From positions 1 to 47,679 of the IMG/VR virus record IMGVR_UViG_3300005758_000086: a stretch of 47,679 nt of DNA; one strand, given 5' to 3'. Source of the stretch: a virus. Lineage: Duplodnaviria; Caudoviricetes. Position 1 is the first letter of the stretch; the number at the start of each line of letters is the position of its first letter. Below the pieces are notes generated by a model. That model was not told the DNA's origin. It did not search any database and saw only the letters and a list, made by a program, of their open reading frames with translations. Positions 27,286 to 36,200 of this stretch are shown here, in pieces. A program made the translations under genes and the position numbers.

Positions 27286-28407
27286 ATGTCAGAAGAAATT
27301 ATTAAGAATCAACCAGGTAGCGGTGGCGCATCAGATTCGGGGTTATATAACGCCGATGGTGGCTTTGCTTCTGGTGGAATCGGTGGTGTTACTACTCCAG
27401 GTGCAGATACCTTGGGTAACATCCCAACTGCACAATTCGGTGTAACAACTGGTGCAAACGCTGTCAATCCTTCGGGATCTGCTGCTAGTGGAATTCTGAG
27501 ACCAGAACAGGCACGTCAATTTATTGATTATGTCTGGGATGCTACAGTTCTCGCTAAGGATGGCCGTAGAGTTACTATGCGAGCCAACACAATGGAACTT
27601 GAAAAAGTTAACGTTGGTGAGCGTGTTCTTCGTGCTGCTGCTCAAGGTGACGGTGCTTATACTAACACTGGTGCAACATTTACAAAGGTAGAACTAACAA
27701 CCAAGAAGATTCGTCTTGATTGGGAAGTTACTACAGAAGCGCTTGAAGACAATGTTGAAGGCGCAGCCCTTGAAGATCATCTTGTTCGTTTGATGACCAA
27801 TGCATTCGGTAATGATATCGAAGATTTGGCTATTAACGGAGATGGTTCAACAGGAAACTTCCTTTCAATTATGGAAGGCTTCCATCATCTTGTTACAACT
27901 GGTGGTGTTGCACATGATTCTGTGCTCCCAGCAGTCACATCTGATAACTGGACAACACCAGTTATGCAGGGTATTATCAATGCAATGCCACGTAAGTATC
28001 GTGCACTTAAGAACAATCTTAAGTTCTATGCAGGTACAGACGTGTTCCAGAGCATTGTTCGCAACAACGGTACCCTTGCTGATGCCATCTCTGAGGCTTT
28101 CTCAAGCCGCACAGGTAGCACCCAAGCAAATCGTCAAGCATATCTTGATGGTCAAGGACAAGTTATTGGCAATGCACGTACCACTCGCGTACTCGGCATT
28201 GACGTAATGGAAGTTCCTTACTATCCAGCAGACTATGTCGACTTGACATTCCCAGCAAACCGTATCTGGGGCTTCCAACGCGATATCACTGTAAATCGTC
28301 AGTATCAACCAAAGAAAGATACTATCGAATACACAGTATTTGTCCGTTTCGGTATCCAGATTGAAGAAGAAGATGCAATTGCCTATAAGGACATTGCTGC
28401 TTCCTAA
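27286..28407 (+). CDS. major capsid protein (HK97 fold)
   Basis: Follows the protease; GILRPEQARQFIDYV, EALEDN, DIEDLAINGD; GGAGGT SD supports ATG 27286. Confidence 0.9.
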   Translation: MSEEIIKNQPGSGGASDSGLYNADGGFASGGIGGVTTPGADTLGNIPTAQFGVTTGANAVNPSGSAASGILRPEQARQFIDYVWDATVLAKDGRRVTMRANTMELEKVNVGERVLRAAAQGDGAYTNTGATFTKVELTTKKIRLDWEVTTEALEDNVEGAALEDHLVRLMTNAFGNDIEDLAINGDGSTGNFLSIMEGFHHLVTTGGVAHDSVLPAVTSDNWTTPVMQGIINAMPRKYRALKNNLKFYAGTDVFQSIVRNNGTLADAISEAFSSRTGSTQANRQAYLDGQGQVIGNARTTRVLGIDVMEVPYYPADYVDLTFPANRIWGFQRDITVNRQYQPKKDTIEYTVFVRFGIQIEEEDAIAYKDIAAS

Positions 28408-28424
28408 TCATTAAGCAATTAATT

Positions 28425-28454
28425 AGGGCAGGGGATTCGTCCTCTGCCCTTTTT
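28425..28454 (+). terminator. intrinsic terminator
   Basis: AGGGCAGGGGA-TTCG-TCCTCTGCCCT-TTTT after the capsid gene. Confidence 0.9.
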
Positions 28455-28493
28455 AACAATCTGCTATAATTAAGGTACGATTAAGGAGCAAAA

Positions 28494-28709
28494 ATGGCAA
28501 GCACAACAAAGAAAGTAACATCTAAGGCTGACGTTAGTGAGCAGACGGTTATCTATTCTGACAAAAACCTATACTTTGATGGGTATGGACATATTGATCA
28601 GGGTTTTTCTATTATCGATAAGGCAAATTTAGAAATTTATCTACAATCAAAATCTGTACGAGAGGTTAGTGCTGTTGAGTTAGCAAAATACTACGGCAAA
28701 AATAAATGA
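28494..28709 (+). CDS. hypothetical head-associated protein
   Basis: TGCTATAAT promoter and AAGGAG SD; lies between capsid and adaptor genes. Confidence 0.65.
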   Translation: MASTTKKVTSKADVSEQTVIYSDKNLYFDGYGHIDQGFSIIDKANLEIYLQSKSVREVSAVELAKYYGKNK

Positions 28710-29620
28710 GAATACTTCGTCTTCCACCATACCCGTTAAGCATTTCGTATGATGTTCCAACAGCATCTACAGCGTATGATTTGATTATTGAAGACGAAGA
28801 AACAGACACAGTCTTGTTAGAAGAAACTATAACATCAACAGCAGGTAAAAAATTAAATTATACCTTTGAAACTGAAGATTGGCATCTATACGACAAAGTG
28901 TATGCTTTAAAAATTCAAGAGTCAGATGGAGATATTGTTGTTGAAGACTCTCTCGACATAACAAGACCATATGTTGATCCAACAACCTTGGGCACAACGG
29001 CATCAGAAATAGCGGTAGAAAAACAAAATGAATTAACAGCAAGATTAATCATTGACTCAATTACTGGTGGTTTTTATTATACAACTGAAACAATAGAGCA
29101 TGTAGGTTTGAATACAGACTATGCCCCAGTTAAACCACGTACTAGAAAAGTTTTAAAAGTTTATCAAAACAATGAACTTTGGTATGATTCTTCACTAGAA
29201 GAGCCAGCAATATTTGGAGTTACGTATAAATTAAGCGATAACAATACAGCAATCATTCAAGAAATTACTGGAGCGTACAATAGGGCAGATCAGGCACCAT
29301 TAATGATGCCAACAGCGCAGTCTGATTGGCTTGGTCCAATAGGATGGGGAAACACATTCTCAAAAGGCTCAGATTATACATTTATAGTTGAGACTGGGTA
29401 TAAGGTGGTTCCATTAGATATTAAAGAAGCAACTCTAATGCTTATGGAAGATATTAAATGTGGAAAATTAGATTATTTTAAGAGATATGCAATTGCATAC
29501 AATACTGATCAATTTAGAATACAATTCGATAAGACCTTGCTTGCTGGAACAGGAAATTTGCTTGTTGATAAAATACTTGAAAGATATACAGGTAACGTCA
29601 TAGTTCCCGGAGTTTTGTAA
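28706..29620 (+). CDS. head-to-tail adaptor
   Basis: ARLIIDSITG...GYKVVPLDIKEATLML...VDKILERY; synteny. Confidence 0.7.
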   Translation: MRILRLPPYPLSISYDVPTASTAYDLIIEDEETDTVLLEETITSTAGKKLNYTFETEDWHLYDKVYALKIQESDGDIVVEDSLDITRPYVDPTTLGTTASEIAVEKQNELTARLIIDSITGGFYYTTETIEHVGLNTDYAPVKPRTRKVLKVYQNNELWYDSSLEEPAIFGVTYKLSDNNTAIIQEITGAYNRADQAPLMMPTAQSDWLGPIGWGNTFSKGSDYTFIVETGYKVVPLDIKEATLMLMEDIKCGKLDYFKRYAIAYNTDQFRIQFDKTLLAGTGNLLVDKILERYTGNVIVPGVL

Positions 29621-30066
29621 TGTCATGCGATGTCATAGACTTCATGTATCCACTTCTAGCAGATATATATTATCCTATTGTCAGCCAAGATATATATGGT
29701 CAAATTAAAAAAGATTGGGTATATGACAAAACTGTTGCGGTTTCATTAACACCATCTGGCAGCGCTTTAGATGAAGATTTAAAATCAAAAACATTTGTTA
29801 AATTAGAAAATATGTTAGTTGGAAGAACTAGATGTGATATTAGAATTTCAAAAAATGGAGAAACAAATTCATTAAGCAATATATTAATAACAAATATTCG
29901 TAATGCTGAAAATAATATTGTATATTTAGAAACATCTGGAGAAAGAGATGGCCGTGGAACTATATATGAAATTGCAACACAGGATCCATTTATAGATCCA
30001 TTTGGATCAATTTCATATTATAGGTTAGTTGTTAGACGTACTGAAAATCAGGGCGTAGATGATTAA
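29620..30066 (+). CDS. head closure/stopper protein
   Basis: Synteny, size and beta-rich sequence. Confidence 0.55.
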   Translation: MSCDVIDFMYPLLADIYYPIVSQDIYGQIKKDWVYDKTVAVSLTPSGSALDEDLKSKTFVKLENMLVGRTRCDIRISKNGETNSLSNILITNIRNAENNIVYLETSGERDGRGTIYEIATQDPFIDPFGSISYYRLVVRRTENQGVDD

Positions 30067-30743
30067 TGCTACTAAAATATAATACAAAATCTTTTATTAA
30101 AACAATGGATAATATAGTTGATTATTCTTTTGGTTTTATTGATGGTGTAAAAAGAGGGAAGCGAACGTTTCTAACCGTTTTGGGTAAAGAAACTGTAGAG
30201 GCATTAAAACAATATATTGACATTAATGCAAAAAATAATCCAAAACTATTACATCATGTTTATGAATGGTATAAAACTGGAAGTCCAAGTGCTAGATTGT
30301 ATGATATAGACTATACAATCAGTAATATTGGTTTATCTTTTAATTCTACATTTAAACAATCAAAGTCTTTTGCAGAAGGCTCTCGCGTACCATTTTATGA
30401 TAAGGCAAGAATAATGGAGAATGGAGTAGCGGTAACAATTAGACCAAAAGAAGCAAATGTATTGTCGTTTAATGTTGATGGCGAGCAAATATTTACGCCT
30501 GGTCCAATTGTAATCAATAATCCAGGTGGCAATGTAAAGGGCGAGTTTGAAAGAATATTTGATTCATTTTTTAATCAATATTTTACTCAATCATTTTTAA
30601 GAGCAAGTGGGGTATATAGTTATTTAGAAAATCCAACAGTTTTTAAACAAAACATCAGAAGTGGTGCTAAAATAGGAAGATCACATGGAGTAAAAACAGG
30701 TTACACATGGGTGGCAAATGCATCGATAGGGGTGGTTAAGTAG
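30066..30743 (+). CDS. neck/tail completion protein
   Basis: Synteny; ARIMENG...IRPK motif like HK97 gp10-type proteins. Confidence 0.5.
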   Translation: MLLKYNTKSFIKTMDNIVDYSFGFIDGVKRGKRTFLTVLGKETVEALKQYIDINAKNNPKLLHHVYEWYKTGSPSARLYDIDYTISNIGLSFNSTFKQSKSFAEGSRVPFYDKARIMENGVAVTIRPKEANVLSFNVDGEQIFTPGPIVINNPGGNVKGEFERIFDSFFNQYFTQSFLRASGVYSYLENPTVFKQNIRSGAKIGRSHGVKTGYTWVANASIGVVK

Positions 30744-31309
30744 TGGCTGGACCAAATGACGTTAGACAGTTGCCATATCCTCCGATATGGGTCAATGAAT
30801 ATATTAAAAATGAATTGTTAAAATATGACTTTACAAATATTATAACTTTGCCATCAACCCCTTCTGCAATTGATGATATTTATAAAAACACAACTGGATC
30901 ATATCCAGATCTAGCAATCCAGTATGATCGACTTTTTAGGTTTAGAAGAAGTCCGTTTTATCCTATGAAATGTGAACAATTATTGTATTATATTTATAGC
31001 ACACATGCAGACAAAATATATGATGCCATGATAATTATCTCTCAACTTCTTGATAGATCTGATGCAGCAGCAGAAGATTTAAATAGATGGTGTATAGCAA
31101 AACAGTCTAGTGCAGACCCAATTAGAGATACGGTAGTATCTATTCCGTATAACGTATATTTTCATGACATAAAAGTTTATCAACTTGAAGAAACTAGGGA
31201 TTTGGGTGAATTAGCCTCTATAAGAGGGCTTACGCTTAATAAATTGATTATTGAGTATGATTATCACGTAAAAGAGCCTACAGGCCTTCCAGAAGATTCT
31301 TATCGATAA
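30743..31309 (+). CDS. tail terminator protein
   Basis: Immediately upstream of the tail tube gene. Confidence 0.5.
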   Translation: MAGPNDVRQLPYPPIWVNEYIKNELLKYDFTNIITLPSTPSAIDDIYKNTTGSYPDLAIQYDRLFRFRRSPFYPMKCEQLLYYIYSTHADKIYDAMIIISQLLDRSDAAAEDLNRWCIAKQSSADPIRDTVVSIPYNVYFHDIKVYQLEETRDLGELASIRGLTLNKLIIEYDYHVKEPTGLPEDSYR

Positions 31310-31398
31310 AAACACTGATATACTTTAACTAGAGGAAACATTCGCCCTGTTTTGCCGTCATAATTTAATACAAAAATTGAAAAAGAGGTGAATTTAAT

Positions 31399-32037
31399 AT
31401 GGCTTATACTCGTGGTACTTCTACGAATATCATTGTTGGTGCTGCTGCTCTTTTTGTTGCCGATACCACACTTGATACAGTTACTAACACCGTTCCATCA
31501 TTCGTAAGTTCTGAGTCTTACAAAGAGACTCTTGCTGACGATGTTGATTTTACTAACATTGGTTATACAATGAACGGTCTCGAATTACAATTCCAGCCAG
31601 ATTTTGGTGAGGTTCAGGTTGATCAGGTTCTTGACGTTGCCAAACTTTACAAGCAGGGTATGCAAGTAAATCTTGCTACTACATTTGCTGAGGCAACACT
31701 TGAAAATCTTCTTCTTGCTACAGCAGGAAAAGATGCAGACCTTTCTGGTACAAAGACTACTTCCGCAGGACGCACTCTTCAACTCTCCGCAGGAGATATT
31801 GGAGAATGTCCAGTAGAGCGTGGTATTGTTGCAGTTGGTCCAGGAACTGGAGATTGTGAAGATTCAGAGACAGTTGAACGTGTCTATGTAGGATATCGTG
31901 CACTCTCAATTGAGAATGTAACAGTTTCTGCTAAGCGTGACGAGGCATCTATGTTTGATGTTTCTTTCCGTATGCTTCCAGATGACTTAACAGCCACTTA
32001 CGGTAAGATTGTTGACCGTACTTGGTCTAATTCTTAA
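31399..32037 (+). CDS. major tail (tube) protein
   Basis: NIIVGAA, IGYTMNGLEL, VDQVLD, FAEATLENL; strong SD; followed by a terminator. Confidence 0.82.
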   Translation: MAYTRGTSTNIIVGAAALFVADTTLDTVTNTVPSFVSSESYKETLADDVDFTNIGYTMNGLELQFQPDFGEVQVDQVLDVAKLYKQGMQVNLATTFAEATLENLLLATAGKDADLSGTKTTSAGRTLQLSAGDIGECPVERGIVAVGPGTGDCEDSETVERVYVGYRALSIENVTVSAKRDEASMFDVSFRMLPDDLTATYGKIVDRTWSNS

Positions 32038-32055
32038 TTTTTATTAAGAGACAAC

Positions 32056-32090
32056 AGCCCACCCCAAACTAGGGGTGGGTTTAGTTGTTT
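32056..32090 (+). terminator. intrinsic terminator
   Basis: AGCCCACCCC-AAACTA-GGGGTGGGTT then a T-rich tail. Confidence 0.8.
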
Positions 32091-32110
32091 TATGCTAAAA
32101 TTATTAAACA

Positions 32111-32812
32111 ATGGCTACAAAAATATACACTTATACAAAGGTTAAACTTATTGATGGAACTGAAATAGAAATACCTCCACTTAAAATAAAATATTTAAGA
32201 GAATTTATGGATGTTTTTAGTCAGATGGAAAAAGTTGATAATGATTATGATGCCATTGATGTTTTAGTTGAGTGTGTTCGTATTTCAATGCAACAATATT
32301 ATCCAAAAATATCAAAAAATATTGATCAAATTGAAGATAATCTAGATATGAATACTATATATGAAATTCTAGAATACTCTGCTGGAGTAAAAATAAACAA
32401 AAACAAACAAGATTCTATTAAAGATCAAAGTCAAAAAACAGATGGTAGTGATAAAACTAGGGGAGAAACCTGGGAAGAACTTGATTTAGCAAAATTAGAG
32501 TCTGAAGTTTTTACTCTTGGTATTTGGAAAAATTATGAAGAACTTGAGTTATCTTTATCTATGCCTGAACTCATGCAAACTATTGCTTTAAAAAGAGAAT
32601 TAGATTACGAAGAAAAGAAATTTTTAGCAGCAATACAAGGTGTGGATATTGAAAAAAATAATAAATCAAACGCTTGGGAAGAAATGAAGGCTAGAGTCTT
32701 TAGCAAGGGTCAGGCAGCCAACGCAAATGATGTTCTGGCATTGCAAGGGGCAAATGCACAAAAGGCTGGATTTGGAATTGGCATGGGGCTAGACTACGAA
32801 GATTTGAGATAA
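32111..32812 (+). CDS. tail assembly chaperone, long (GT-like) form
   Basis: Between tail tube and tape measure; N-terminal ~100 aa paralogous to 32860..33186. Confidence 0.7.
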   Translation: MATKIYTYTKVKLIDGTEIEIPPLKIKYLREFMDVFSQMEKVDNDYDAIDVLVECVRISMQQYYPKISKNIDQIEDNLDMNTIYEILEYSAGVKINKNKQDSIKDQSQKTDGSDKTRGETWEELDLAKLESEVFTLGIWKNYEELELSLSMPELMQTIALKRELDYEEKKFLAAIQGVDIEKNNKSNAWEEMKARVFSKGQAANANDVLALQGANAQKAGFGIGMGLDYEDLR

Positions 32813-32859
32813 AAAGCCTTCTTTGTGCTATAATTTAAATAACACAATGGAGGAAAACA

Positions 32860-33186
32860 ATGGCATTATCTAAGCGTCCAACACAAGAACTTGTACTTAT
32901 GGATGGAACAAAAATTGAGGCTAGTCCACTAAAGATATCACTTCTTAAGCCTTTTTTAAAAAAGTTTGCAGAAATCGCAGCAGTTGCAGATGATAATTCA
33001 AAGTCTATGGATGTATTGATGGAATGTATTCAGATTACAATGCAGCAATATAACCCTAAGTTGGCAGACAGCAAAGAAGATCTAGAAGAACTTTTAGATT
33101 TACCAACTGTGTATAAGATTATTGAAGTTGCATCAGGAATTAAGATGGAGGATGGCTCAGATCTTCTTTCTGTAGCAATGCAATAA
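32860..33186 (+). CDS. tail assembly chaperone, short (G-like) form
   Basis: LMDGTKIEASPLKI...MQQYNPK; has its own TGCTATAAT and GGAGG. Confidence 0.7.
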   Translation: MALSKRPTQELVLMDGTKIEASPLKISLLKPFLKKFAEIAAVADDNSKSMDVLMECIQITMQQYNPKLADSKEDLEELLDLPTVYKIIEVASGIKMEDGSDLLSVAMQ

Positions 33187-33212
33187 AATAAATGAATATA
33201 GGGGTGCAATAA

Positions 33213-36200
33213 ATGGCTGATGCTAATGCTAATATTGGCATTAATATTGATACTTCTGAGGCGTTAGCCCAGTTAAAAGCACTTCAACGTCAAATTGCTG
33301 TATTTAATACATCTGTTTTAAGAGGTAGTGAAACAGTTGCACGTGCTCAGCGTGACATGCAACAAAATCTTGTCAATTCGATCAATGCAACAGGGCAATT
33401 TTCTGCCCAAATCGTAAATGTTAGAACTGCAACAGAAACATTTACCAACTCACTTGAGAAAAATAAATTCTCAATGCGAGAATATTTTAGGTATGCAACA
33501 GCATCCACTAAAACATTTGGAAGAATGTTTTCAAAAGAGTTTGACACCATTAACAAAGTTGCAGAAGATAGAGTTAAACGTTTACAGACTCAATATATAA
33601 AACTTGGTAGAGATGCAGCAGGAAGAATGCAAGCAATTGGCGTTATGCCAACCAGTCTTGATATGGAAAGCGTATCAACAAAAACTGCAATTGCAGCCCA
33701 AAAGCAAGCATTGTTTAATCAACTTTTAAAACAAGGATCAACAAATCTTTTAAATTTTGGTAAAAATACTCAGTGGGCTGGTCGCCAACTTATGGTTGGT
33801 TTTACAATTCCGTTATCAATTCTTGGAAATACTGCAGCAAAAACATTTATGGAAATGGAACAGGCTGCATTAAAGTTTAGAAAAGTTTATGGTGATTTAT
33901 TTACACCACAAGAAGAAACTCAAAGAGCGTTAGAAAATGTTAATGAGTTAGCCAATGTATTTACAAGATATGGAATTGCAGCATCCCAAACTGTAAGTTT
34001 GGCAGCAGAGGCTGCAGCAGCAGGTTTTGCAGGAAATGATTTAATTTCTCAAACTACAGAGGCAAGCAGACTTTCTGTTCTTGGACAAATTGATCAACAA
34101 AAAGCACTTGAAACTACTATTTCTTTGCAAAACGCTTTTGCTTTATCTGGAGAACAATTAGCAGAATCTATTAACTTTCTTAATGCAGTTGAAAACCAAA
34201 CAGTTGTTTCTTTAGATGATATTACAACAGCAATTCCAAAAGTGGCTCCAGTAATTAATCAACTTGGCGGAAGTGTCAAAGATCTTGCGTTTTTCTTAGC
34301 AGCAATGAAAGAGGGCGGTGTTAATGCATCAGAAGGTGCAAACGCACTCAAATCAGGTCTTGCTGCACTTATTAATCCTACCGAAAAAGCATCTGCAATG
34401 CTTGCTGGGATGGGTATTAATATCAAAAATATTATTGAATCAAACCAAGGTAATTTACAAGCAACTGTAGTTGAATTTGCACAAGCATTGGACAAACTGG
34501 ATCCTCTTACTAGAGCAAGAGCAATTGAGCAACTATTTGGTAAGTTTCAGTTTGCAAGATTGTCAACTCTATTTACAAATGTTATTAAACAGGGAACTCA
34601 ATCAGCAAGAGTTTTAGATTTAACAAAAGCATCAGTAGAAGATCTTGCTTTGACTGCAGAAAACGAATTAGGAATGGTAGAAGAAACAATTACTGCAAAA
34701 TTTAGAAAAGCAGTAGAACAATTAAAAGTTTCTTTAATGCCGCTAGGAGAAACATTTTTAAATGCAATAACTCCAGTAATTGACTTTTTTAGTGGACTTC
34801 TTGAAAGATTTAATAATTTATCAGATAGAACAAAGAAAATTGTTACAATTATTGTAACTGCAGTTGCTGGAGTTGGTCCTATTTTGCTTATGACTTTTGG
34901 TTTGTTGGCAAATGGTTTAGCAAATATTATCAAATTGTTTGGTGTGCTTGGTTTAGGATTTAGAAGATTAAAGAATCCATCTCAAATATTAACTCAGCAA
35001 ACACAATATTTAAATTCAGAACAAATTGATGCAGCAGCATCAGCAGCATCTTTAAATCAGGTTCATTCAAATCTTATTCAAACATTTAATGCTGAAGCAG
35101 GGTCTATAGACAAATTAATATCCGCCTATAGAAGAGGCATTGCTGCACAAAAGAATTTTATGGCATCAAACCCTTCAGCAATTCGTATGCCAAAAAAGTT
35201 TGCTAAGGGTGTTATATCAGTTCCTGGATCTGGAAATAGAGACACAGTTCCAGCAATGCTTACTCCAGGCGAAGCGGTTATTCCTTCAAAGATGGCGCAA
35301 AAGTATGCACCATTAATTAACGGTATGATTGCTGATAATATTCCAGGGTTTGCAAAGGGATTGGGAATTGGAGATATTAAAAAACAAGTAGGTTTGTATA
35401 AAGCACCTCCAACAATATTACAACAAACTAAAGGTAAAAGTTGGGATACTTTACAAGCAGAGATTGATGCGGTATCTGAGGCTGTACAAAGTTTTGGTCT
35501 ATCGTTTAATCAAATGTTTAACTTAATTAGAAAGCAAGCATCTCATATCTCAGAAGATATACAGACTATTTCTGTTGGAGAAGAGGCTGTTTCTGTTAAA
35601 AACTGGAAAGCACAAAATCTTGTTGCTGACATGGGTTATATAAATAACTATGTTGATACATTAAGAAAAAATACAAGCATTATTGATAATTTTAGAAAAA
35701 CAAATTTAGATGGTGTTGCAAGAGAACTTGGAATATCAATGGTTGAATTAAATGCCGAGTTAGATAAATTACGTGCAGGAATTCATCCAGTAACAAGAAC
35801 TTCTGCGTCCGTCCTTCAAAAAGTTGCCGCTAGTGATACGGGATATCAAGGTGCAGCAGCATCGGCAGGATTAAGAGCAAGACTTGCTGGAACATTTTAT
35901 GAAACAATTCCTTCAAGATCTTATAATCCAATGTTAGACGAAAAAGCAGCACAAAATGTACAAAGAAAAGTAAGCAGATTACAACAAATTGCAGCAGGAA
36001 ATCTTGTTACTTCTGTGGTTGCAGCAGTAAAGTCAAAACAAAAAAGTGCATCGCCGTCCAGAGTTGCAAAAGGACTTGGAGATGATTTTGCAGATGGGTA
36101 TGTTCAAGGAATAGCATCTGGAGCAGATGATGCTGCAAAGGCTGCAGCCGGAATAACTAATGCCGCAATTGGTGGAGCAAGCCAGGCCAGCAGATATTCT

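Noticed and set aside
32391-32440. Slippery site in the long tail chaperone
   Set aside because: AAAAAAC at 32433 is not in X XXY YYZ phase, and the ORF is continuous
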